Shown here one piece after another: positions 18,019 through 27,191 of a stretch of 43,128 bases of DNA (positions within the stretch are counted from its first letter, which is position 1; each line of letters begins with the position of its first letter). Both the position numbers and the translations under genes were made by a program. Below the pieces are notes generated by a model. It worked only from the letters and a program-made list of their open reading frames with translations. It did no database searches and was not told the origin of the DNA. The stretch is from a virus (taxonomy: Duplodnaviria > Caudoviricetes). Location: IMG/VR virus record IMGVR_UViG_3300029286_000092, positions 1 through 43,128 of that record, one strand, 5' to 3'.

Positions 18019-18594
18019 TTATACGAAGCGAATGAGAGGGATTGCTGTTTTTATATCAGCATGGATAGGTGCGATCAGTGATTCCTTCACCGAACCCCGG
18101 ACAACAACATCTACCAGATGGTTTCCGTTGGCTTCAATTTCTACATCCGTACCGGTGAGACCGAAAGGGGTGTATTTGAAAGCCGAAGTATTGCCTGTAG
18201 CTTCTGCTGTGGCTTCAATGAATACGTCGCCTGCTGCAACGGCGACACCGAGTGTGGTTCCGACTGTGAGCGTATCATAGTCGGCATTGGAAGTGGTGAT
18301 GACAGTGATGGCATAGGCTTTTTTGAGCGTTCCGGTCGAAAGGAATTTGCCAACCGCGAAGTTGTGCCCTTTCAGTACCTTGTAATCAACTGCTACGTTG
18401 GTGGCGCTTGCTTGTGCCTTTGCGGTTTTCACCACATGGAATAAGCCGTTGCTGTCCTTGCCGACAGGGGTACCTGCTGCCACACTTGTCTTGGTCAGGT
18501 CGGCCGCAGCCAGGGTGACCCCGCCAGGAACTCCTTCGAGTTTCGAGTCGAAAACAACCTTTCCTGATGTTTCTGAAGTTAGTGCGTTTTGCAT
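18019..18594 (-). CDS. Head decoration protein
   Basis: PGGVTL....AGTPVG; KV.KGHNF.VG; between scaffold and capsid. Confidence 0.65.
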   Translation of the reverse strand: MQNALTSETSGKVVFDSKLEGVPGGVTLAAADLTKTSVAAGTPVGKDSNGLFHVVKTAKAQASATNVAVDYKVLKGHNFAVGKFLSTGTLKKAYAITVITTSNADYDTLTVGTTLGVAVAAGDVFIEATAEATGNTSAFKYTPFGLTGTDVEIEANGNHLVDVVVRGSVKESLIAPIHADIKTAIPLIRFV

Positions 18595-18618
18595 TGTGTT
18601 TAGATGATTGATTGATAA

Positions 18619-19299
18619 TTAGATTTTTTTTCCTCCTAAAGGGGATGTAGATGCTTTGCCTTCCTGTTCAGCCTTAATTTCGTTTACAAAATTCTGTACG
18701 GCTGCCGAAACGCCTTCTTTGTTCTGTCCACCCATGGCCGGGGTAGGCTGTTGCATAAAACCTGAATTGATCAGTTCCTGCTGGTACTCGCTATAATTTG
18801 TTTCTATACCAGCTGCGAACGTGTTCATTTCTTCTTCATCTTTAAAAGTCCTGTCTTCGATAGCTTTTGAAAAGAATTTAGCAGGGATCTTCTTCTCGCC
18901 AAGGTGCGAAATAAGTTTTTCGGAAAGGGATTTCTGATTATTGGCATTTTCAAAGGCCATTACTTTTTCTGCAAGGGCCTTGTTTGTTTCAATCATTGTT
19001 TTTGCCCACTCCGGTACCTCTTCATGTTTCGGGTCTGTTTTTACAGGATCCTTCTTTTTTTCAAATTCGGCCTTTAATTCATTCTCACGTTTCTGAACAG
19101 CCTCAGTTACCCGCCTGTCAGCCTCGCTCTGATGAAATGCCGAGAATTCCTGCACCAACCCGGCAGAATTGTTTACCGCCGTTTCGATGTCTTCTTCTTT
19201 TGTGACAGTTTTTTCCAGTACGGAAGCAACCCTGTCGAGCAAATTGTTGGGCACCCCTGGAAATTTCGCTTTCAGTTGTGCCAGGATTTTGACTTTCAT
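18619..19299 (-). CDS. Capsid scaffolding protein
   Basis: Charged coiled coil, QSEADRRVTEA, EVPEWAK; position. Confidence 0.7.
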   Translation of the reverse strand: MKVKILAQLKAKFPGVPNNLLDRVASVLEKTVTKEEDIETAVNNSAGLVQEFSAFHQSEADRRVTEAVQKRENELKAEFEKKKDPVKTDPKHEEVPEWAKTMIETNKALAEKVMAFENANNQKSLSEKLISHLGEKKIPAKFFSKAIEDRTFKDEEEMNTFAAGIETNYSEYQQELINSGFMQQPTPAMGGQNKEGVSAAVQNFVNEIKAEQEGKASTSPLGGKKI

Positions 19300-19323
19300 A
19301 GATGTGCGTTTTGTTTAGGATGA

Positions 19324-19364
19324 CAAAATTAAGCCACTTTTAACTTAAATTGTCATTTAGACAA
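19324..19364 (-). promoter_or_regulatory. Late promoter (TAATTTTG) with TTGTC-N5-GACAA palindrome, upstream of scaffold
   Basis: caaaatta at 19324-19331; ttgtcatttagacaa at 19350-19364. Confidence 0.6.
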
Positions 19365-19460
19365 ATACAAAATATCAACACAATAGCCAATTGTAGCTTC
19401 TTCGCTTGTTTGAATGAAAATATTTTTTTTCCAAATACAATATTTTCATAATATTCGTAG

Positions 19461-19468
19461 TACCTTTG
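19461..19468 (+). promoter_or_regulatory. Bacteroidetes -7 promoter element for the plus-strand ARH operon
   Basis: TACCTTTG matches TAnnTTTG, about 40 nt before the ATG at 19509. Confidence 0.55.
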
Positions 19469-19508
19469 TCGGATAAACATTTATTTTTGATGATCAGGGT
19501 AATTTTTC

Positions 19509-19736
19509 ATGAAGCTATCAGAACAGATAATACACATCGAATTCAATAACCCAAAAGCCCACCTACATTTCGGTTCGTTGGCAGCTGTTTACGAATATTT
19601 GACTTCCGAAGATGTCGGTATCTCCCTGAATGCCTTATACCGTAAAAAATCATTCAAGGAAAAAGGACAGATTTCCACCAATAAATGTATTATTACCAGG
19701 GCTGAGGTACTGCGCAAAAAACATAAACCATGTTAG
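19509..19736 (+). CDS. Small basic hypothetical protein (possible DNA-binding)
   Basis: FGSLAAVYEYL....VGISLNALY pattern; overlaps the ARH start. Confidence 0.65.
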   Translation: MKLSEQIIHIEFNNPKAHLHFGSLAAVYEYLTSEDVGISLNALYRKKSFKEKGQISTNKCIITRAEVLRKKHKPC

Positions 19737-20503
19737 GTGCTATTATCGGGGATATTGTCGGGTCCCGTTTTGAGTTCGACAATTGCCTGAAAACTAATTT
19801 TATTTTTTTTCATCCTGATTGCGGGTTTACTGACGACACCATATGTACTGTTGCCGTTGCCGACTGGATAATAAACCAAAAAGGCAACCTTTCAGATATT
19901 ATGCGTTTATGGTGCAACAAATATCCAAGCTCATATGGCGGCATGTTCGGCCGCTGGCTGCGCGACGACAAGATGGGTGCATACAATAGTTTCGGGAACG
20001 GGTCCGCGATGAGGGTTTCGCCCGTTGGGTGGCTTTTCAACGATGTTGCCGACGTGAACGAAATGGCAAAAAGATCAGCCTCGATAACACACGACCATCC
20101 CGAAGGAATTAAAGGGGCGCAGTGTATTGCCACATCAATACTTCTTTTAAGGCAGGGTATAAGTAAGCAGGACCTGAAGATGTATATTGAAACAACCTAC
20201 GGGTATATGCTCGATCTGAAGTGTAGTTGGATACGCATACATAACCGGTTCGATGAAACATGCCAGGTCACCGTACCCCAGGCAATAGCCGCATTCATCG
20301 AAAGCACCGGCTTTGAATCCGCAATCAGGCTGGCTGTATCGATCGGTGGTGATAGCGATACCATTGCAGCGATAGCAGGAAGCCTTGCAGAAGCATGCTA
20401 TGGAGTACCTGAATGGATGGTTGAAAAAGCTATGGGGTACTTGCCTGAAGACATGTTGTCAATAATTCGCAACTTTATCGAAAAACAAAGCATAAATGAA
20501 TAA
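19730..20503 (+). CDS. ADP-ribosylglycohydrolase (DraG/ARH family)
   Basis: GAIIGDIVGS, FTDDT, SFGNGSAMRVSP, THDHPEG, GGDSDTIAAIAG. Confidence 0.93.
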   Translation: MLGAIIGDIVGSRFEFDNCLKTNFIFFHPDCGFTDDTICTVAVADWIINQKGNLSDIMRLWCNKYPSSYGGMFGRWLRDDKMGAYNSFGNGSAMRVSPVGWLFNDVADVNEMAKRSASITHDHPEGIKGAQCIATSILLLRQGISKQDLKMYIETTYGYMLDLKCSWIRIHNRFDETCQVTVPQAIAAFIESTGFESAIRLAVSIGGDSDTIAAIAGSLAEACYGVPEWMVEKAMGYLPEDMLSIIRNFIEKQSINE

Positions 20504-20804
20504 TCAACTTTTAGGTCAGTGCCTGTATTACAAAGGTGAAAAAGACTGTCCTCCGGCATTGAGAGCTTCCGATAAGCAAATGATGTGGTTCTACGAAAGC
20601 CTTTGGGTAAAAAATAGCGGGCATTTTGACGATAATGGAGAATATGAGGCCAATGGGCTGTCTGACTTTGAAAAAGACGACGGTGTCGGATTAACGCTAA
20701 AAAAGATGCTTTTTAACCGGTTCATACAAGATGCGTGGAACGTAAAAGAATCAATTCCGCTTTTCAAAAAATGGTATGTTGAAAAGTATAAAGGAAGAAA
20801 TTAA
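20496..20804 (+). CDS. Hypothetical protein co-transcribed with ARH
   Basis: Overlaps the ARH stop; CLYYKGEKDCP..WFYESLWV..LFNRF. Confidence 0.7.
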   Translation: MNNQLLGQCLYYKGEKDCPPALRASDKQMMWFYESLWVKNSGHFDDNGEYEANGLSDFEKDDGVGLTLKKMLFNRFIQDAWNVKESIPLFKKWYVEKYKGRN

Positions 20805-23287
20805 ATCTGCCCTATCACTTCTACATCAATATACCATTTTCCCCCCGCTTTTTCAACCTTCAATACCCTGAACTTAGTTGATCTTTGCAGCAACATTTCT
20901 GCCTCATATCCAAAGTCTGATTGTATCTTAATTCCATCCCAATTAACTGATTTTGCTCCATTTCCAAAGGCTGAAAATGGTTCAGTATAAATCATTTTTG
21001 TTCCTTGTGGGCAATAGATGTTGTAAATTACTGGGCGATCAGCAAATCCTGCACCTTTGGCGTTCGCGCAAGACGAAAAGCCAGGTTCAATTCCTTCTTT
21101 GCCTACCAGGGCACTTCTTGCTTCAGTTAAGCTCATGCTTTCAAGCTCACGGCCAAAGATGCCATTAACGCTGTCATGATATACACCACGTTGTATCCAC
21201 ATATCGAAGTCATACGAAGATCTATCTATAAGATTTGTTATGTGCTCGCCATCAACCTTCCCATCGTAAACCCCCTTATACTGGCCTGAATAGTATTGCT
21301 TCCGTAGCGGTTCATTGATATAGCTGCTTCCAGCAGTATAGCGATAAGCTGCTTTTTTTTCATCCGAAGTAGCACCTCTCCAAACAGAGCTGCAAACGTC
21401 ACGAACTTTACGATCTGCTTCTGCAGGGTCTTTTGCCCACATAGCGGCATCTTTTCTGGCTTTTGTGTAAGCATGCGCGTCGTATGTGAAGCCTCCCGTA
21501 CTGGAAACCGACTTTCTGATGTCATTCGCCTGTTTGCCCTGTAGTTCGTTTACTTTTAGGTTAAGTTTATTCGCAGCCTTTTGCAGTTGTAAAATTGGCG
21601 CATCCTTATCAAGCATTCCCTGAAGTTCGGCAGCCATGCCTTTTATTGACTTACTCTTTGTTGTTTTTGCGAAATTGAACGATGATTCGCTTAGCGTTTG
21701 TATTTGTTCTTTTTCAACCTGGTATTCAACAACTGCAAGCCTTTTTTTGTAAGCATCCTGAGCGCCTTTCCACGTGCTGTACTTCTTGTTCTTTTCAACC
21801 CAGCCAATTTCGTATTCAAGCTTTGTCTTTTGCTGTTCAAGCGAAAGATTCTTCCAGGATGCGAGCTTTGTTTCAACCGCTTTATACAGATCCCGGGTTG
21901 CTTCTACTCCATGTTGTGCTTTTATCGCTTTTACGTTGTCCAATAATGTTGAAAGTTGCGCCTCTTCCGCACCGGCTTCCATGATCTTTTGTTCAATTAT
22001 TTTTGATGCGGTTTGTATTCCATTGATATTCTTTGAGATGATATGCTGTTGAAGTGCTGTAGTGTCAATTTCAGGGAATTCATTTGCTCCCTTCAGCACA
22101 GTCTTACCCTCGTTGACAACAAGTTGATTTTGAAGTTTCCTTTCATCCCATTTGGTTTGAATAGCTGCCTTTTCAGATTCGGTTTTATTCCTTTTCTTCT
22201 TAGGAACAGGCAAATCTGATTGCAAATTTAGCCCACCCGAAATAGTACCTCCCTGAAAGTTATCTTTGATAAAATACGGTTGCGACCTCCATGCTTTTGC
22301 TCGTTCCTTATTTTCATCAATCCAGTCAGTGAATCCAGTGGGAGGTGCTGATACCGAATTGGGGCTTCTATATCCCGAAATATCTTCTCCGGCCAGCAGC
22401 TTGTCCTCGATGGCATTATACTCTTCCTCGTCTACCATCAGGCTGATCAGGTGGCACCGGCATTGGGGGTGCCATCCAGTGAATTTGAATTCTTTCGGGT
22501 ATTTGCCTTTCATCCGGTCGCAGATGTCGTTCACCGGGTGGTTGTTGCTTAATTTTACCTCGAACCCGTTCACAAAAGGCAGTTCTTTCATCCGCTCATG
22601 GTCGGCAGTCCTGTATGCCATGTTCACCTCGGTTCGGGCTAAGCGCATTGCATTCTTATGGCTGGATCGGTAAACTCCCTGTCCCGGGTGATAATCGGCC
22701 GCATTTTTACTCAACTGCAAAGCCCCATTCTTATCCCGTACCCTTCTGAAAAGCTTATTCTTTTCGTTCAGATATTGCTTTACTACCCTCGACAAGTCCT
22801 GGGCACTTGTTTTTTCGGCAATGGCAACATCTATCGCCATTTCTATCTCATCCTTATACTGGTTTGAGTACAACCAAACCCTGTCAGAGAGTTTAAGCCC
22901 GGCCTGCTTCCTCTGCAAAAACGATTGAAGCCCTTTTTGGTTGCGGTTGTAGAAAATTTCTTCCTGAACAATTGAAAGTTTGGATTTATCAATGCCAAAC
23001 GAAGCGATCATATTGTCGTTTTTGATATTCGCCTGGAGCCATTCGGAACAAATAGCGTTTTCGATCTTCAATTGCACACCATCCGCAAGGGATTTTATAT
23101 AGCCATTGACCCTCGTTTTTATCTCAGGATAGTCGTCAAACCGGAAGGGTGTTGATTTATCGGGATTTAGGTTTGCAAACAGCCTGGAAATGTCCCGGAG
23201 GGTTTTTGCATAGATATCCTTGACAGATTGCGCGGTTGCTTCAATGCGGTAAAAATGCGCGGCATCATCAATTCCAGATTTTTTCAT
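20801..23287 (-). CDS. MuF/gp7-like head morphogenesis protein with C-terminal ADP-ribosyltransferase toxin domain
   Basis: LSDRVW, RLARTEVNMAY, DICD...GKYPK.F.FTGWHPQCRC (MuF); YTAGSSYINEPLR, IQRG, GFSSC, YEAEMLLQR (VIP2/C2-like R-S-ExE ART). Confidence 0.88.
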   Translation of the reverse strand: MKKSGIDDAAHFYRIEATAQSVKDIYAKTLRDISRLFANLNPDKSTPFRFDDYPEIKTRVNGYIKSLADGVQLKIENAICSEWLQANIKNDNMIASFGIDKSKLSIVQEEIFYNRNQKGLQSFLQRKQAGLKLSDRVWLYSNQYKDEIEMAIDVAIAEKTSAQDLSRVVKQYLNEKNKLFRRVRDKNGALQLSKNAADYHPGQGVYRSSHKNAMRLARTEVNMAYRTADHERMKELPFVNGFEVKLSNNHPVNDICDRMKGKYPKEFKFTGWHPQCRCHLISLMVDEEEYNAIEDKLLAGEDISGYRSPNSVSAPPTGFTDWIDENKERAKAWRSQPYFIKDNFQGGTISGGLNLQSDLPVPKKKRNKTESEKAAIQTKWDERKLQNQLVVNEGKTVLKGANEFPEIDTTALQQHIISKNINGIQTASKIIEQKIMEAGAEEAQLSTLLDNVKAIKAQHGVEATRDLYKAVETKLASWKNLSLEQQKTKLEYEIGWVEKNKKYSTWKGAQDAYKKRLAVVEYQVEKEQIQTLSESSFNFAKTTKSKSIKGMAAELQGMLDKDAPILQLQKAANKLNLKVNELQGKQANDIRKSVSSTGGFTYDAHAYTKARKDAAMWAKDPAEADRKVRDVCSSVWRGATSDEKKAAYRYTAGSSYINEPLRKQYYSGQYKGVYDGKVDGEHITNLIDRSSYDFDMWIQRGVYHDSVNGIFGRELESMSLTEARSALVGKEGIEPGFSSCANAKGAGFADRPVIYNIYCPQGTKMIYTEPFSAFGNGAKSVNWDGIKIQSDFGYEAEMLLQRSTKFRVLKVEKAGGKWYIDVEVIGQI

Positions 23288-23516
23288 GTTGGGTTTCTTT
23301 TGACATAATCTCTTTCAATTCGTCATAAGAAACCTTCAATGTGAACGCGGAACCATCGGCCAGCCGTACCTCGGTGCCTCCGAGCAAATCGGCATTGAAC
23401 GAAACGATGCTGTTCAAGTCAATCGTTAGCGGCTGGCTCTTCCATAGGTGGTTTCCAGAAATAGGGTCCGTTTCCTCGATGAACATTGCCGTAAACTCTT
23501 GGTACTTGCGTTGCAT
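23268..23516 (-). CDS. Hypothetical protein
   Basis: ATG at 23516 preceded by TATCTTTG (23534-23541). Confidence 0.6.
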   Translation of the reverse strand: MQRKYQEFTAMFIEETDPISGNHLWKSQPLTIDLNSIVSFNADLLGGTEVRLADGSAFTLKVSYDELKEIMSKETQHEKIWN

Positions 23517-23546
23517 GTTTGGTGTTTTGTTCACAAAGATACGATT

Positions 23547-24950
23547 TTATGCAGTCGGATTGAATAAATCTTTGACATTTGATGCGGCATCCTCATCCTG
23601 GATGAGCTTGTATTCGGCTTCTGCATCTGGCACCATTCCGCTCTTTTCGATAGCTGTCCGCTGGGAAAGGATTGCCTTTCCCCCAGTTGCATTCATAAGG
23701 TTGGTGATATCGGCAGTCATGTCTCCCGGCATGTAAGGATCAATGTCGCAAGCAAGATCTACAGATTCTGCAGCGGCTGCAAGTTTGGTGTTTATTTTCC
23801 CGACAAAGGCCTTGAGTATGTTCACCCTTCGTTGCAGCATATCGAGGTAAATATCTTTTTTGTCCTCCACCTTCAGGTGCGCATCGAGGAACAACAGCCT
23901 CAATGCAATTCCAGATATCTGGTTGATGCCCTTGATTGCATCGAAGGATATGTCCGGCGTTTGTGTAACGCTATAAATCAACCGAAGAAGTGTGTCGGTT
24001 TCAAGTTTCACGCTTTCCGGAGCATGGTCCCAGGATAGGTATTGGGCAGTCGAATCCTTGTCCCCTTCAATGATAGAACCAGATTCACCTTTCTTCGAAA
24101 ATCCTTTAATTGTTCCCTGAATGAATATTTTCGGGCTTCCATGATAGTCGTTAGTGTCGGCAAAATTACTCAGGAGTTTTTCGAGCCTGTTGATCAGCAG
24201 TTGCGCATCTGCCCATTCTGTCTCTTCCTGCCGCACGTAAACCACCGGAATTTTTCCCAGCACATTTGCTACATTCGCTACTTCTACATAAGCACCGGAT
24301 TCAAATTTCCATTTCCTGATAACATCTTTCGTGAATGCCTCAAAATATTGAACATCAACATCGTTTTCTTTCAACATGTACTCCCGTGAGAAAGCGATCA
24401 AATCCCCATACTCATCGAAAAGCGGGTACAATGTATCTCCGTTCCTGGCACTGAACACCCGGCAACGTATTTTGACAGCCGATTCAAAACCATACCTGGT
24501 ATTTTTCTCTTCTATGGGAAACCAGCATTCGGCAGCCTCTGTATATCTCATCACATCTTTCGCTATGCGTTTGTTGTGAGATATCGATTTGTTGTCTGTC
24601 AGTATTTTCAGCACAGCAGCATATACAGTTTTCCCTTGTTCTTCAATCGCATTACTGGTGATGTTGGGCGGGTTCCCGAAAGCGAAAGCTGCCGCCCGAC
24701 CGACAATTAATTTCTGCAAAGGCACCGGTACACGGGCCACAAACTCTACCCTCGTGCCAGTCGGTTCTCCTGCAGCATTGGTGACGGTTACCGTCTTGTC
24801 CGGGCGCAAAGCGGCATCCATAACGTCATGCCCCTTGATTTCCCATTGCTTGTCCGACTTTGCTGTGTCCGGAAGAGTGGTATTGCGTTTCTTTAGGTTT
24901 GTAATTATGTCGGTTGCTGATACTAACCCAAATATTTCCTGTATGGTCAT
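23547..24950 (-). CDS. Portal protein (SPP1 gp6-like)
   Basis: LQKLIV.RAAAF.FGNP, GKIPVVY, SNFADTNDYHGSP, SGIAL; likely start ATG at 24950, downstream of the promoter. Confidence 0.9.
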   Translation of the reverse strand: MTIQEIFGLVSATDIITNLKKRNTTLPDTAKSDKQWEIKGHDVMDAALRPDKTVTVTNAAGEPTGTRVEFVARVPVPLQKLIVGRAAAFAFGNPPNITSNAIEEQGKTVYAAVLKILTDNKSISHNKRIAKDVMRYTEAAECWFPIEEKNTRYGFESAVKIRCRVFSARNGDTLYPLFDEYGDLIAFSREYMLKENDVDVQYFEAFTKDVIRKWKFESGAYVEVANVANVLGKIPVVYVRQEETEWADAQLLINRLEKLLSNFADTNDYHGSPKIFIQGTIKGFSKKGESGSIIEGDKDSTAQYLSWDHAPESVKLETDTLLRLIYSVTQTPDISFDAIKGINQISGIALRLLFLDAHLKVEDKKDIYLDMLQRRVNILKAFVGKINTKLAAAAESVDLACDIDPYMPGDMTADITNLMNATGGKAILSQRTAIEKSGMVPDAEAEYKLIQDEDAASNVKDLFNPTA

Positions 24951-24965
24951 GGTGCTAAATTTTGA

Positions 24966-24997
24966 CAAAATTAATTGCAATTGTCCATTTGACAATT
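24966..24997 (-). promoter_or_regulatory. Late promoter with AATTGTC-N5-GACAATT palindrome, upstream of portal
   Basis: caaaatta at 24966-24973; ttgtccatttgacaa at 24981-24995. Confidence 0.6.
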
Positions 24998-25003
24998 TTT
25001 ATG

Positions 25004-26539
25004 TTAAAAAAATAGTTCAGAAAGATTTTGATTTGAATAAACCGGTTTGTAATCGAACTGCATCCGCATCATCATTGTATCAGCAAAGTCGGGTGATTCG
25101 TCATTACCAAGGATGGATTTTTGTTCCTCCTTTGAGTTTATCCTGAGCTTTCCATCACCACTTGTAATTTTCTTTTTTATACACCTGAGATGCTTGCGTA
25201 TCAGGTCTTTTATATCAAACTGGCTTCCGTTGATCTTTACTTTTAGGGAAGCTGTCCCGTCAACAAAACAATTATCCCCTTCTATCCTGATCAGGATTTT
25301 GTTACCGTTTACCTTTTCGGCGAGCTTGTAGAAAAGCTGGGTCTTCTTATTGAAGAAGTTTTCCTTAATACCTGTTTTGGGGTCGTTCATTGCAGTTTCC
25401 CCTCCCGAAAACCCTTCATATCCTCCAAAATCTACCAACCCACCACCAAGCCCATCCTGGTCAACCAGCACGGCACTCTTGGGAACCCTCCAGCGCTCAC
25501 GTTCACGTTCTATGGTGTCCCGTAGTTTATCCAGGGAACTCTTTGTATATACATGAATTGCTACTACTTCCCATCCCTTCCATACGAATACAGTTGCGAG
25601 GTTTGCGCCAAAGCGGGCGGCATCACAAGTTATAACTGATGTTTCATCTCTGGCGACAAAATTTGAGAACAGATTGTAAGTGGCAGAAAAATCAAACAGC
25701 GACATCCCATCAGTGCTTACCTTCCAATTACCATCAAGCAACCTTGCACGCTCCGTTTCATCCTGGGATAAAAGATTTGCCAGGTATCCGGGATCCTTCT
25801 CAAGAAGCCTATGATTCTGATATATCGAACCCGGGATGAAGGTGAGTGACTTGATAAGTTTGTTTTTATCAAGTCCTTCGAAAGCTTCATTATCGAACAG
25901 GTAAGGTGCTTTCTCCATCACTTCCTGCCTGGTGTTTCCCCAGATATAGTTTTCTTTTTCCGCAACAAAGTACCTCACACTTCCGGCCCTTTCGGCTATC
26001 GGATAACCTGTCTCCTGATCGATCCACCATTTTATCAGTTCGGCAACCCAGCTATCGGGATCGGGGTTGCATGTGGTCCGAACATAAGGGGGAACCCCGC
26101 AGGTTGACCGGTTCCTGGAAAGCAGATACAGGAATTGTTTCTTGGTAAAATGGGTAAGCTCGTCGAAGATGATGAGCGGGTATTGAGCCCCTTGATGGTC
26201 ATAAATGTTTTTTTCATGTTCCAGGCTCCTGAACTTGATCACTGCCCCGGATGGAAATTCCCAACTGAGCCTTGTCTGGTTCAGTTTCGCTGCAAAGTGG
26301 TAATAAAGGTTTTTTGATTCGTCCAAAAGGCCTCCGATGGATGTTATCTGAGGTACGGTCCTGCGGAAAAAGACAGCCCCAAAATTGGGGTTTTGAATAT
26401 TTCTGAGCGGTTCGAGAAGTTCGGCAAACGATTTCCCTGCACCGGCTGCACCTCCACCGATTACGATGTCGGCGCGCGAACGAAGGAACTCTGTCTGGAA
26501 CCCATCTTGCGGCTCTATTTTATTTGCTTTCGCGTCCAT
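25004..26539 (-). CDS. terL: Terminase large subunit
   Basis: GGGAAGAGKS Walker A, IIFDELTHF Walker B, TCNP, CDAARFG, SPDFAD. Confidence 0.93.
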   Translation of the reverse strand: MDAKANKIEPQDGFQTEFLRSRADIVIGGGAAGAGKSFAELLEPLRNIQNPNFGAVFFRRTVPQITSIGGLLDESKNLYYHFAAKLNQTRLSWEFPSGAVIKFRSLEHEKNIYDHQGAQYPLIIFDELTHFTKKQFLYLLSRNRSTCGVPPYVRTTCNPDPDSWVAELIKWWIDQETGYPIAERAGSVRYFVAEKENYIWGNTRQEVMEKAPYLFDNEAFEGLDKNKLIKSLTFIPGSIYQNHRLLEKDPGYLANLLSQDETERARLLDGNWKVSTDGMSLFDFSATYNLFSNFVARDETSVITCDAARFGANLATVFVWKGWEVVAIHVYTKSSLDKLRDTIERERERWRVPKSAVLVDQDGLGGGLVDFGGYEGFSGGETAMNDPKTGIKENFFNKKTQLFYKLAEKVNGNKILIRIEGDNCFVDGTASLKVKINGSQFDIKDLIRKHLRCIKKKITSGDGKLRINSKEEQKSILGNDESPDFADTMMMRMQFDYKPVYSNQNLSELFF

Positions 26540-26930
26540 TCTCAGGCAGGACTACAACTGTGCCGGCAATTTTTTCACCGTTGGTCGTCACATCAACCTT
26601 TTCAATCAGGCTACCGTCAATCTTGGCTATACTGTCCAGAATCCTGAGTGCTGTGCGTGCTCCCTGTGCTGATGATTTCTTTTCAAGTTCTCGGAAGAGC
26701 TTAAGCCTGCGTTCAATATGAAGTGATTGTTTTTCTTTCAGGTCATCAACAGGGAGTTTCTTTATTGAGTCAAGTGCCTTCTTCAGGTATTTGTAAGACA
26801 TACGCTCCCCAAGTTGCCAGGAGGCATTGCATTGTTTGATGATGTCCTGGGTGTTGTAACCATTCAGAACCCATTCAACAATCTGCCTTACCCTTCGTTG
26901 GGTTGTTAACCTGTCAACCTGCTGGTGCAT
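26520..26930 (-). CDS. Terminase small subunit (putative)
   Basis: HTH-like N-terminus, KVDVTTNGEKI C-terminus; overlaps the terL start. Confidence 0.7.
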   Translation of the reverse strand: MHQQVDRLTTQRRVRQIVEWVLNGYNTQDIIKQCNASWQLGERMSYKYLKKALDSIKKLPVDDLKEKQSLHIERRLKLFRELEKKSSAQGARTALRILDSIAKIDGSLIEKVDVTTNGEKIAGTVVVLPENGRESK

Positions 26931-26932
26931 CG

Positions 26933-27124
26933 TTACATCATATTAATAACCTGAATGTGTCGCTTCAGGTCATATATTTCCCTTTTGAGGATAAGTTCTT
27001 CCATCTTGCGCACATCCTTGATGGTGTCATTTGTGATTGGTTCTTCCATGGCCTGTAAAGCATCAATCTTCAATGTGAGCTGCTCATTGAGGTACTTAAG
27101 GATTTTTTCTTTTTCTGCTGCCAT
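26933..27124 (-). CDS. Hypothetical protein
   Basis: 63-aa coiled ORF, first gene after the putative late promoter. Confidence 0.6.
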   Translation of the reverse strand: MAAEKEKILKYLNEQLTLKIDALQAMEEPITNDTIKDVRKMEELILKREIYDLKRHIQVINMM

Positions 27125-27141
27125 ATTTGCTTTATTTTCCG

Positions 27142-27173
27142 CAAAATTAATGCATTGTTTGTCCTTTAGACAA
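27142..27173 (-). promoter_or_regulatory. Late promoter with TTGTC-N5-GACAA palindrome, upstream of the packaging genes
   Basis: caaaatta at 27142-27149; ttgtcctttagacaa at 27159-27173. Confidence 0.6.
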
Positions 27174-27191
27174 TTTGGTGAACAAAAAAAA

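Noticed and set aside
24951-24995. TTG start for the portal gene
   Set aside because: It falls within the promoter and palindrome; ATG at 24950 is more plausible.
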